A stretch of DNA of 52,691 nucleotides from a virus. Taxonomy: Duplodnaviria; Caudoviricetes. The stretch lies in the IMG/VR virus record IMGVR_UViG_3300046467_000501, positions 1-52,691 of that record; one strand, written 5' to 3'. The translations under genes were made by a program, and so were the position numbers. Positions 32,324 to 41,023 of this stretch are shown here, piece after piece. The stretch's first letter is position 1, and the number at the start of each line of letters is the position of its first letter. The notes beneath the pieces were generated by a model. That model ran no database searches, was not told where the DNA came from, and saw only the letters and a list, made by a program, of their open reading frames with translations.

Positions 32324-34252
32324 TCATCCCGAAGAGATTTTCACCGTTCCCGAATCATTCCACAAAGCACCCGCAACACTCGGGTCTGAGGTCGCCATAG
32401 CCGCATGGATGATGTGACCAGCCGCAACGTACAGTGAGGCGTTGGTTTCGCCTTCGTCGGGGGCTGACGCGATGTAGACCGTCGAGGCGATTGTGATGTC
32501 ACCCGTCAGGTTGTCGCTGATCGCTGGTTCTGCGAAATAAGCCTGTGTGATTACCCCTATGCTCTCGGTCGCCGTTTGCGTGATAATGTTGTTAGCGAAC
32601 CATGAACCCACCAGAAACGAGGTATCGCCACTGGCTCCTGTCAGGGCACCTCCAATATTGAGGCCCAACAGAAGCGAAGAAGACCCGTCGCTTGTGAAGG
32701 CCCCAGCTAACTGCAACCGCGATATACCACTCGCGGACCCACCGAAGGAATGGGGTCCGGTGCCAGACACGACGAGGTTGCCCCCAACCGTGGCGGCACC
32801 CGTAGTCGTGACCGCCTTGTTGAGGTTAATAGCTGAAGAGGTAAGCTCCATCACATTGGCAGTTGAAACATGGAAGCGCATAGCGGCCCATTTTCCGTTA
32901 TCCCCGATGTCTAAAGTGTCATTTCCTGTTATGGTGTTTTCGGATATAACTACCTTATTGGCATCGTTGGCGTTATTACGGGTGAAGATCCCAAAATTCT
33001 TCTGTAGCCTTATAGTCCCAGCACCTGCGGGGTTATCACCTATCTGGATGTTAGTGCCGACATAAACATCGCGTGGCCTAGCCGCTCCTACCGCACCGAT
33101 ATCGTTATTATCGTCTGCGTGAGCGAGGAAATTGGCCCCTGAGAATTTCCAGCGATCAGTCCCGCCAACCGTAACCATTAAAACATCGCCAGAGGACTCC
33201 GACAAATATGTATTTCCAAAGCCATCGAAATACAGTTTCTTCGTCGCCTGTAGGCTAACATCCTGATCTTCGGTCATCGAAAGGATCGCACTGGAACCAA
33301 CGGTAGACCCCAGACCGATTACCAAATCATCTGCTGAGTCATCCAAGCCGATATAGAAATCCTGTGCATTACCATTGTAAATCAGTGCAGTATCTTCGGC
33401 GGTGCCATCTCCTATCGTTACATGGGCCGCAGGAAATACAAGTTTTTGATCCTCGTCAATCGTGATAGCGGGAGTCGTTCCAACAGTAGATCCCAGCCCG
33501 ATCACCAGATCATCCGCAGAATCGTCCAGCCCGACATAAAAATCTTGGGCAGCGCCGTCAAAAACGATCTTGGTATCTTCGGCTCCTGCATCACCAATCG
33601 TGAGCGTTGGGGTTGTCCCGCTGATAGTTACCGGAGAAGCGATCCCTATAGAGGAGCCATCAGCAGATATGGTGTCGAGTGCTATATCTCCGACATTTGT
33701 GATATCGGCGTCCCCAAACGATGTGGCCCCAAAACTATTTGACGACGCCGTAGAGGTGATACCACCACTAGCGGTGACGGCACCAGTGAGTGTGCTCGCA
33801 CCAGCCACCGTCAACTTAGCACTCAACTCCAGATCAGCGAGCGCATCAAGGACAGCCGCGCCACCTCCAGCACCATCGGTGAAGATTGCCGAAACATTGC
33901 CATTACCGATTGTAATGTTAGCCCCGGAACCCTGACTGATAATGATGTTTTGAGAACCGCTTGTTGCGTTCTCAATGATCCAGAACTTGTTGATGGTATT
34001 TGGTGCCAGGGTAATGGTACACGCTGAATCCAGTGTGCCCGTATACTTCATGTATATGGCTCTACCTTCATCAGCCGCACCATCTGCTACCGTAGTAGTA
34101 TGCGTATCGGCGTTGGTCGTGATGGCTTCGGTGCCAGAACCGAAAGCATCTGCTATAAGCTCTAGGTTCGTATTGGTGGAAGTGCCCCAAGTACCTGATT
34201 CGGCACCTGTAGCAATTTCCTTCAATCTCAAATTATTGACATACGTTGCCAT
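32324..34252 (-). CDS. tail fibre protein (642 aa)
   Basis: MATYVNNLRL...GTWGTSTNTNLELI N-terminus; Gly/Thr/Asp-rich; internal duplication of QDFY.GLDDSADDLVIGLGSTVG. Confidence 0.8.
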   Translation of the reverse strand: MATYVNNLRLKEIATGAESGTWGTSTNTNLELIADAFGSGTEAITTNADTHTTTVADGAADEGRAIYMKYTGTLDSACTITLAPNTINKFWIIENATSGSQNIIISQGSGANITIGNGNVSAIFTDGAGGGAAVLDALADLELSAKLTVAGASTLTGAVTASGGITSTASSNSFGATSFGDADITNVGDIALDTISADGSSIGIASPVTISGTTPTLTIGDAGAEDTKIVFDGAAQDFYVGLDDSADDLVIGLGSTVGTTPAITIDEDQKLVFPAAHVTIGDGTAEDTALIYNGNAQDFYIGLDDSADDLVIGLGSTVGSSAILSMTEDQDVSLQATKKLYFDGFGNTYLSESSGDVLMVTVGGTDRWKFSGANFLAHADDNNDIGAVGAARPRDVYVGTNIQIGDNPAGAGTIRLQKNFGIFTRNNANDANKVVISENTITGNDTLDIGDNGKWAAMRFHVSTANVMELTSSAINLNKAVTTTGAATVGGNLVVSGTGPHSFGGSASGISRLQLAGAFTSDGSSSLLLGLNIGGALTGASGDTSFLVGSWFANNIITQTATESIGVITQAYFAEPAISDNLTGDITIASTVYIASAPDEGETNASLYVAAGHIIHAAMATSDPSVAGALWNDSGTVKISSG

Positions 34253-34261
34253 ACTTAACTC

Positions 34262-35026
34262 CTAGTTTATAACAGCCTTCCAATCAGGCGTTTGCGAGTC
34301 GGATACATCAGACCACCCCGGTGTCTGTGAGTCATCTACAGCAGCCCAATCTGGTGTCTGTGAATCCGATACCTCAGACCATCCCGGTGTCTGCGAATCA
34401 TCTATAGCTCCCCAATCCGGCGTCTGAGAATCATCTATGATGCTCCATACATTGACTCCAGTTATTCCCGTCGTCCCCACCACACCCGTTACTTCGATAT
34501 TCTGACTAACGCTCGTCGTAACGCTTCCTACCGCACCCGTTCCCGCAACTCCGGTGACGGTTACACTTCCTTCTCCCGTAACCGTTACCGAACCTACACC
34601 ACCTGTCGCCGCGACCCCGGTAGCCGCTATCGAAACGTCAATCGTTACCGATACCGAACCAACTGCGGCTGTTCCGGCCAATCCTGTTACCGAAACACTT
34701 CCATCACCTGTTACCGTTACGGAACCAACTGCACCCGTTCCGGCTATTCCCGTCGCCGTAACATTCGCATCAGCCGTTACGGTGACGCTTCCTACCGATC
34801 CCGTTCCCGCCAAACCAGTGACGGAAACATTTGCATCTGCTGCTACCGTGACTGATCCTACTGCCCCAGTACCAGCAACCCCTGTTACGGTAACGTTGGC
34901 ATCGGCTGTTACCGAAACACTTCCAACGCTACCCGTTCCAGCTACACCCGTTACCTCAACGGGTACTGGCTCACCCCAAGTACCGGAGCCCCAAGTAGAT
35001 CGACCCCAGCCAGTTACATCAGCCAT
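34262..35026 (-). CDS. repeat-rich structural protein
   Basis: GWGRSTWGSGTWG head, ~8 22-aa repeats, five 11-aa WxxxxDSQTP repeats. Confidence 0.75.
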   Translation of the reverse strand: MADVTGWGRSTWGSGTWGEPVPVEVTGVAGTGSVGSVSVTADANVTVTGVAGTGAVGSVTVAADANVSVTGLAGTGSVGSVTVTADANVTATGIAGTGAVGSVTVTGDGSVSVTGLAGTAAVGSVSVTIDVSIAATGVAATGGVGSVTVTGEGSVTVTGVAGTGAVGSVTTSVSQNIEVTGVVGTTGITGVNVWSIIDDSQTPDWGAIDDSQTPGWSEVSDSQTPDWAAVDDSQTPGWSDVSDSQTPDWKAVIN

Positions 35027-35460
35027 TACGCTATACGAATAATCGCGTTACTCGCATCTGCCGCAGGGAAAGCAATCGTGAACGTACCAGCAGTGGCCGT
35101 TTTCAATGCACCAAAATCTAAAATAACAACAGACGGATCACCGCTCGCGGTATCATTAAAGATCATTGCACCCATAGCCGAAAACGTAGCAGTAGACCAC
35201 GAAGTATCAGCAAAATCAGTATAGGCGGTCGTACTACTTGTTGTAGGATCTACACGAGTTAGCGTATTTCCCTTGGCAGAGTAGTTCGTGCCACTGATTT
35301 CATTAGTAGTGGTATACGCCGTAGTAGCCGCAGTGAATGAAGCACTATCTGTGTACAGTGCAATCTGGAATGTATTTCCACCGGAGTTGAGGAAGTTGTG
35401 CTTTGCTTCCATCAATTCCTTTTTGAAAGAAGTACACATAAAATTCCCTGAAAATGCCAT
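35026..35460 (-). CDS. conserved virion structural protein
   Basis: MCTSFKKELM...F.IALYT...DFAD...VILDFG..KTATAGTFTI.FP. Confidence 0.75.
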   Translation of the reverse strand: MAFSGNFMCTSFKKELMEAKHNFLNSGGNTFQIALYTDSASFTAATTAYTTTNEISGTNYSAKGNTLTRVDPTTSSTTAYTDFADTSWSTATFSAMGAMIFNDTASGDPSVVILDFGALKTATAGTFTIAFPAADASNAIIRIA

Positions 35461-35738
35461 TACAATCTCTCCACGAAGTTAGCCATGTCGTTGTGGCCTG
35501 CTGAACGCAACAAAGTAACAACCCCGGAACGGTCTTCATTGATTGCTTCGTACATATAGTACTTCACAGCTTTGTAAATGAACTCCTTGAACTCTACCGC
35601 CTGCTCCGCTATCAACGGATGTGCATCCTTGCTTACGGACACAATCTGCTCAGATGCCCGCTTTGCCCAATGATCCGGCCCAAGCGTGGTGTCGTTAGTC
35701 GTGGTGACTATGACGTTGCCCACTTCCCCGGTAAGCAT
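35460..35738 (-). CDS. hypothetical protein
   Basis: Stop/start coupling on both sides. Confidence 0.7.
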   Translation of the reverse strand: MLTGEVGNVIVTTTNDTTLGPDHWAKRASEQIVSVSKDAHPLIAEQAVEFKEFIYKAVKYYMYEAINEDRSGVVTLLRSAGHNDMANFVERL

Positions 35739-36370
35739 CAGTGAACAGGCACTCTGATTGTGCCATCTCTGTACTCATCAACAGTCATGCGGCCCTCTGC
35801 CTGCATCTTCAGAAGATCCAGTGCTTCCTGATATCGCTGTTGATACAACTGCATCATGTCCGCATCACCTTTCATGTAGGTATACGCCTCGACCAGACAG
35901 CCGTAGAGCAGGACCGTGTCGGCGTTCGTGCCCAACCATGAAGGGCTCGTGTCAACGATTGAGGCTGGCTGATAGTAGTAATGAAGCTCCGTGACGAAAT
36001 CAGCGTTGGGCGTAGGACCAACTATGAATGTGTCAACATCGAAGACACCATAATATTTCGGAACCCCTTCGGTGGACGCATTCGGATACGTTGACCTAAT
36101 GAAGTTCGCGTCCTTGTTCAGCAAAAAGATCTGGTTACTAGAACTGGTAATCGACAAAGACAATGGAAACAAAAAGTCCGTAGGCATCGACAGGTATTGG
36201 TTACCATCAGTGATGGTGCCTGCGACATTCTTACGGTTCACGGGCAGATTGACGGAACGATAAATGCGCTGTTCAGTCTGCTTGATAAACGTGGGGATCG
36301 CAGCCACGAAATTCGTTTCCGTGTTATCGCAATAATCCTTGATGGCCGCAGTCAGTTCAGCATAGGTCAT
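35738..36370 (-). CDS. head-tail adaptor-like protein
   Basis: MTYAELTAAIKDY...PKYY...GPTP...LLYGCLVEAYTYMKG. Confidence 0.7.
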   Translation of the reverse strand: MTYAELTAAIKDYCDNTETNFVAAIPTFIKQTEQRIYRSVNLPVNRKNVAGTITDGNQYLSMPTDFLFPLSLSITSSSNQIFLLNKDANFIRSTYPNASTEGVPKYYGVFDVDTFIVGPTPNADFVTELHYYYQPASIVDTSPSWLGTNADTVLLYGCLVEAYTYMKGDADMMQLYQQRYQEALDLLKMQAEGRMTVDEYRDGTIRVPVH

Positions 36371-36702
36371 GTGGTCACCGTCACGGTCCCAACTTGTCCA
36401 TGTGCCACAATGTTGCCCGATCCACCCCCATTACCATTTCCTACGGGATCGAACGCGAACAATTTCCTACTGATATCTTGTGATAAATCAGGGCGTGGAT
36501 CTTTAATTGCCTGTGGGTCAGAATAATCACCAAGTCTGCCAAGGAAGTTCTGGGGCTGATCTTTGTCCAGCATATCCTTGCCGACCATAAGACCTGTCAT
36601 GCGACCAGCCTTAATCTGAGGCACGAGATCTTTGAGCTTATATCTGAATCCCGTGCGGTCGCAAAACCCAAACGCATACTTGCCCTTGGCATATTTAGCC
36701 AT
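36367..36702 (-). CDS. conserved hypothetical virion-cluster protein
   Basis: YAKGKYAFGFCDRTGFRY...DPQAIKDPRPD. Confidence 0.7.
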   Translation of the reverse strand: MAKYAKGKYAFGFCDRTGFRYKLKDLVPQIKAGRMTGLMVGKDMLDKDQPQNFLGRLGDYSDPQAIKDPRPDLSQDISRKLFAFDPVGNGNGGGSGNIVAHGQVGTVTVTT

Positions 36703-37379
36703 CAGGAATAGCCTCCGGGCACAAAGTGGACAGAAGCCCTGTCACGATCTTCCTGTTCCGCCAATTGCCACTGAAATTCGTATTCCGCTTTTAGCTCAGA
36801 GGAACGCCCAGCCGCTTCTGGATATTTCTGCGATATCATATAGGCGAGGCCAGATACCAATGCCGGGAGGAAACGAGCGGGCACATCTGGATCAGTAGAT
36901 CCCACGGAACCCGTGTCCTCAATACGCCGTATTTGCTGATAAGCAAACGTGTAGGCTTTATTGGGCGTGGGCCAGAAATATACAACCGGAGCATCACGCT
37001 GCTTGTCGATGTACAAATTTACGGGACGCCCTTCGGTGAGCTTATTAGGGATCGTGGAATACTGAGATACACTGAACCGCGAGATTGGCAGATCGCTTTG
37101 CGATGTACCAGATCCATCGCGAATCCAATACTGAATCAAATCAACGGTATCCGAATCCATCGTGACCGTGGAGGTTCCTGCCGTCAAGGTTTTGGTGCCC
37201 TGCTCGACAGTCCAGAAGTTGAGGCCGCGATTCACCCACTCAAGGCTCAAGAGATTGAGAGATCTACGAGCCGTTTCGATGTCGTAGCCCGTTTTAGACT
37301 GAAGACCGCATCTCTCAAATGCCTCTTCGATCACCTCTGAAATTTCGAGGTTAAATGCAGAGGTTCCTGACGTAGCCAT
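36702..37379 (-). CDS. head-tail adaptor / tail tubular protein A-like
   Basis: MATSGT..F.LEISEVIEEAFERCG...ARRSLNLL..EW.NRG.N.W. Confidence 0.7.
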   Translation of the reverse strand: MATSGTSAFNLEISEVIEEAFERCGLQSKTGYDIETARRSLNLLSLEWVNRGLNFWTVEQGTKTLTAGTSTVTMDSDTVDLIQYWIRDGSGTSQSDLPISRFSVSQYSTIPNKLTEGRPVNLYIDKQRDAPVVYFWPTPNKAYTFAYQQIRRIEDTGSVGSTDPDVPARFLPALVSGLAYMISQKYPEAAGRSSELKAEYEFQWQLAEQEDRDRASVHFVPGGYS

Positions 37380-37621
37380 TAGTTATCCCTGAACTTGTTG
37401 CACAAGGCAACATTGGAGTCAACCACACCCTTGGGCCTCTTAGAGCCGTTGGCGATCATGCCACCACTTCTCATACGAGCCAAGTCTGGTAGCCTCATCG
37501 CACTGCCCAAAGCTTTTTTGACCATACCGCCAGAGGCTCTAGTCTCATCGGCAAACTTACGAGCCACCTTTGGTTCATTAGCGAACAGATACTTTCTCTG
37601 TTTATCGCTTTTAAAGGGCAT
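37379..37621 (-). CDS. small basic protein with xxxGG motifs
   Basis: MPFKSDKQRKYLFANEPKVARKF; RASGGMV and MRSGGMI. Confidence 0.7.
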   Translation of the reverse strand: MPFKSDKQRKYLFANEPKVARKFADETRASGGMVKKALGSAMRLPDLARMRSGGMIANGSKRPKGVVDSNVALCNKFRDN

Positions 37622-37814
37622 CTTTAGAACGCCTTATCCAATTAGGATATTCTTTAGCGATATGGCTGGTATGCCCAATCTCTTCTTCGTGGTCAGGATA
37701 ATTTTCAACAAGCTTACTGTAATAGCCCCAGCTATGATCAGCCCCTGCCTTCTTTTCTATCATCTCGTTACAGCTTGGAGGCTTGACAGTCGGATTTTGA
37801 GGATCTTCAGCCAT
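37611..37814 (-). CDS. hypothetical protein
   Basis: TAATG coupling with the upstream gene. Confidence 0.6.
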   Translation of the reverse strand: MAEDPQNPTVKPPSCNEMIEKKAGADHSWGYYSKLVENYPDHEEEIGHTSHIAKEYPNWIRRSKDAL

Positions 37815-38212
37815 TAGTAACTCTTCCTTAGATAGAGCATCACGGTATAGCGATCACCATCTGTATGGCCTGTAGTCGTGAACAGGACATCACCATTAAC
37901 ACCACCACCAGCGTTATTCGGGAGGGGACCACCACCACGGAAGTCGAAATAGCCGTATCCGCTTAGTGTCCAACAGATAACGTTAGTGCTGGCGTTCCAG
38001 AGGATATCGACGGTCATGCCAGAGCAATCATAGGAGATCTGCTCAATGGCTACCCTAGCACAGGATCTTCCCGTACCGGATTCCGTGCTGAGAGCGGAGA
38101 CATCGACTTTGGCGACAGCAGTTTCACCATTACCATCGGAGATGTTGGTGAACTTCATAACCGCGATGCGGTCGCCGTCTTGGATCGTTTGAGACGTTAC
38201 TGCGTCAGCCAT
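37814..38212 (-). CDS. virion structural protein
   Basis: MADAVTSQTIQDG...VMKFTNISDG.GE.AV.KVDVSAL; GGGGAG RBS. Confidence 0.7.
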   Translation of the reverse strand: MADAVTSQTIQDGDRIAVMKFTNISDGNGETAVAKVDVSALSTESGTGRSCARVAIEQISYDCSGMTVDILWNASTNVICWTLSGYGYFDFRGGGPLPNNAGGGVNGDVLFTTTGHTDGDRYTVMLYLRKSY

Positions 38213-38258
38213 CTGATTCTCCCCACGAGGACAGGACTTCTAGCCCCGCTCGCTACAG

Positions 38259-38301
38259 GAGATAACGGTTACCCACCCATTTGGATGGGTAACCTTATCT
38301 C
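38259..38301 (-). promoter_or_regulatory. long intergenic hairpin without U tract
   Basis: GAGATAA(C)GGTTACCCA / TGGGTAACC TTATCTC inverted repeat. Confidence 0.55.
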
Positions 38302-38318
38302 AATTAACGAACCATATC

Positions 38319-38840
38319 TTACTGATCGGAAAAGGCAGGTGCATCTGCACCTTGCTGATAACCCCAAATGATCCAATTCGTTGAATCTTTTGCCAGAATA
38401 TTGATTTCAAAGATACCAAAATCTGTCAGGGTTAGTATAGAGTTTGAGTTGCCATCAGCATACACAGAAACATCATTTGCGTCGGAATCCAAATGAGCAA
38501 TACCACCAATGTAATAATTGGTATCGGAGCCCGTATCGAAGATGACGTTTTCAGTCTCTTCTGCCGCACCACCATAAATAAACTTGAACCACACTCCCGC
38601 CGTGGGCGACGGAAGGGTAATCGTCCGGTTTCCACCAAGCGCCGGAACAACATTGACCCTACCACCGTTAGCAGTAGCGGTCAGGGTGGTGTCAGCATCA
38701 CTGAACGTAATGGGAGTAACCTGCAATCCCGATCCGTCTAGGCTGAATTCCGTTGTGAATGCACCAGTTGTTGAGCTTTTCGATACTACATCGAATCCGT
38801 CTTCGGATCTAACTGGTCCTGAAAAAGTCGTGTTAGCCAT
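38319..38840 (-). CDS. putative capsid decoration/fibre protein
   Basis: MANTTFSGPVRSEDGF start; directly after the major capsid gene. Confidence 0.7.
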   Translation of the reverse strand: MANTTFSGPVRSEDGFDVVSKSSTTGAFTTEFSLDGSGLQVTPITFSDADTTLTATANGGRVNVVPALGGNRTITLPSPTAGVWFKFIYGGAAEETENVIFDTGSDTNYYIGGIAHLDSDANDVSVYADGNSNSILTLTDFGIFEINILAKDSTNWIIWGYQQGADAPAFSDQ

Positions 38841-38887
38841 TATTTCTCCCTGTCGTGGCTAGTGTCTACCGTTTATCGGCAGTCAGG

Positions 38888-38938
38888 AAAAAAGAAAAGG
38901 GCAGGAACGGTCCCAATATGGAACCGTCCCCACCCCTT
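38888..38938 (-). terminator. Rho-independent terminator after the major capsid gene
   Basis: AAGGGGTGGGGACGGTTCCA-TAT-TGGGACCGTTCCTGCCCTT then TTCTTTTTT. Confidence 0.75.
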
Positions 38939-38955
38939 ACCCACTACGTTACTCA

Positions 38956-39891
38956 CTACGCTCCGGGTGATCCCCAGATCCCAAGGGGATCTGAGACGCC
39001 AAAGCTGTACCGCTCGCGAGCCTTGTAGCGAACGTTTCCGGTATCGAAATCACCGTCCATGCTCGTTTCCAGAGACACACGATTGAAGTGCTTCATCCCA
39101 TTCGGAATGTCGGTAAGAAGGAACCACGCATCCGTATCGGTCAGGAAGTGATTCACAACTGTCCCACCCGGAACAACACCCATCGAACGCACCGCGTTGA
39201 TATCGTTGTCCGCAGTTCCGGGGCGAAGATCAGATTTCATTACCCGTGTCGCCACGAACTGCAAGTCGGGCGGGATAACGAGCGTCTGGGGACGAGCAGC
39301 GATCATCAGGCCACGCTCATCGGTCCATTTGCCAATCTGAATTACAGCGGCCTCAAGAGAAGTCTCGTTGAGGTCAACGGCAGTAGCTGGACGGTTGGAG
39401 TTCTTGCCACCGGAAACAAGCGGGTGACCGTCACCACCAGTTACGCCATCACTAGATGCCGTGAAAAGATTCACACCGTCGCCGCCCTGATAGGCGTTGG
39501 TAAACCCATTGTTCAATGGAACAACAGCCTTGACCTGCTTGGTGTGAGCCATGGCGCGAGCCAAGGACTTGGTGTAACGAGCCGACAAGGAATCATAGAG
39601 ATTGTCTTCCATAGCCTCTTCCGTGATGGCAAAGCCCATGGCGATAGTCTCGTGATTGTAACGAGCGGTAAAGCTCTCCTGTGCGGCGTCATACGAAATC
39701 GCGTCACCCTCATCCTTCACGGGTGCAGCGTCGAAGCCCGAAAGCTTCACTTCTTCCTCAAAAGATCTGCTAGAGCTTTCCGTCTCATAGATTTCAGAAT
39801 GCTCATCGTCATAACGTGCATACTCCATTCCGAAGAGCGCGTTCAAGCCCGGAAGCAGTTCCTTGAGAAGTTGTGCGCGTGAAATAGCCAT
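38956..39891 (-). CDS. major capsid protein
   Basis: MAISRAQLLKELLPGLNALFGMEY...DFDTGNVRYKARERYSFG.SDPLGIWGSPGA; 311 aa, downstream of scaffold, followed by a terminator. Confidence 0.9.
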   Translation of the reverse strand: MAISRAQLLKELLPGLNALFGMEYARYDDEHSEIYETESSSRSFEEEVKLSGFDAAPVKDEGDAISYDAAQESFTARYNHETIAMGFAITEEAMEDNLYDSLSARYTKSLARAMAHTKQVKAVVPLNNGFTNAYQGGDGVNLFTASSDGVTGGDGHPLVSGGKNSNRPATAVDLNETSLEAAVIQIGKWTDERGLMIAARPQTLVIPPDLQFVATRVMKSDLRPGTADNDINAVRSMGVVPGGTVVNHFLTDTDAWFLLTDIPNGMKHFNRVSLETSMDGDFDTGNVRYKARERYSFGVSDPLGIWGSPGA

Positions 39892-39904
39892 TGCTCAGTA
39901 TCTC

Positions 39905-40522
39905 CTATAATCCAGTAGGATTGTTATAGGAATGAGGAGATGCTGTAAATGTAGACGCAGCATTAAACTTCACGATTACATCTGGATAAGTATCACTTGC
40001 CGTCGTTCCCTTCGGGGGCAGGCTCTTAGGCCCGTCAACGAAATCAATAATGCGGAGGGGAAGCGTCAGCGTTGCGGCTGGAGTGCTGCCGTCAAGCTTA
40101 TTCTTGGATTTACCGAAAGTGGTGTTGCCAGCCGAGACAACTACACCCGCATTCAATCCGCGATCAGTAGTGTTCATAGCCTCATCGGCTTGCATTTGAA
40201 ACACGACATTAGGATCATCCAAGACATAAGCCATCGCATCGGTGGCCGCATTGTCTGCGGGCCAATAGTTGGAGAATGTCTTCTGGCTGGTTGTCGGGTC
40301 CGTATACGAGCAACCCAAAAAGATCCCGACAGCAGCTAGTGTAGCAGTACCAGCATCCTTCTCAATAGTACCATTTGCAACCAACTTACAAAAATCACCG
40401 TTTGAAATCTGAGTATCATAGGTCGTGATAATCGGCAGATTTCTAGTCTTGCTGGTGAATGAACCCGAAGCACTAAGAGTGCCAACGGGTCTGGCCCCGT
40501 ATGGGGCTGCTGAAGTAGCCAT
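39905..40522 (-). CDS. capsid-associated protein
   Basis: APYGARPVG...GIFLGCSYTDP...AYVLDDPNVVFQMQAD; upstream of the capsid gene. Confidence 0.7.
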   Translation of the reverse strand: MATSAAPYGARPVGTLSASGSFTSKTRNLPIITTYDTQISNGDFCKLVANGTIEKDAGTATLAAVGIFLGCSYTDPTTSQKTFSNYWPADNAATDAMAYVLDDPNVVFQMQADEAMNTTDRGLNAGVVVSAGNTTFGKSKNKLDGSTPAATLTLPLRIIDFVDGPKSLPPKGTTASDTYPDVIVKFNAASTFTASPHSYNNPTGL

Positions 40523-40552
40523 AAATACCTCTAAATGTTAGTAGCGCAACAT

Positions 40553-41023
40553 TTAGCGAGTTCCCTTGCCAAACGCTACACGGGTTTTACGATCAGGCGG
40601 GAGAACTGGCATCCTAGGATCGCTCTCACGCATATAGTTGTTATCGACGGCTTGCATCTGTGATTCAGCGTGATTCCTATAATAAGTACGCCTTTTCTCC
40701 ACCGTTTCCTCCGGTGCCTTACAGAGCAATAGTCCACCGACTTCGATCCCGCCCTTCTGCGCCCATTCCGATTTATGATCGCTCATAATTTGTAGTTCTG
40801 GGTGATCTTCGGCACGAACTGGTTCCCACCCTTCACGAAAACGCTTTGACACGTTCGTGTTGTCAAGAGTGCCAACCATTGAAGTTCGTATCCATCTGAA
40901 CACCCATCCGTCTTGCGGCTCTGGGTCTGGAAGTATGGATGCGGGTTCCCAAGGCATATCACGAGCCTCGTCTTCACGAGTCTCCAACGCCCTAGGTTTT
41001 TTCGGAGCGCGTTCGTCAGCCAT
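40553..41023 (-). CDS. conserved head-cluster protein
   Basis: GWVFRWIRTS...REGWEPVRAEDHPEL...VGGLLLCKAP. Confidence 0.75.
   Translation of the reverse strand: MADERAPKKPRALETREDEARDMPWEPASILPDPEPQDGWVFRWIRTSMVGTLDNTNVSKRFREGWEPVRAEDHPELQIMSDHKSEWAQKGGIEVGGLLLCKAPEETVEKRRTYYRNHAESQMQAVDNNYMRESDPRMPVLPPDRKTRVAFGKGTR

Noticed and set aside
31495-34252. Diversity-generating retroelement or invertible shufflon at the fibre tip
   Set aside because: No reverse transcriptase or invertase in the window; copies are in direct orientation and share only a short diverged segment.
39088-39882. Long plus-strand ORFs opposite late genes (also 18140..18955, 19504..20298, 42825..43493)
   Set aside because: Antisense shadows of well-supported genes, with no recognisable motifs.
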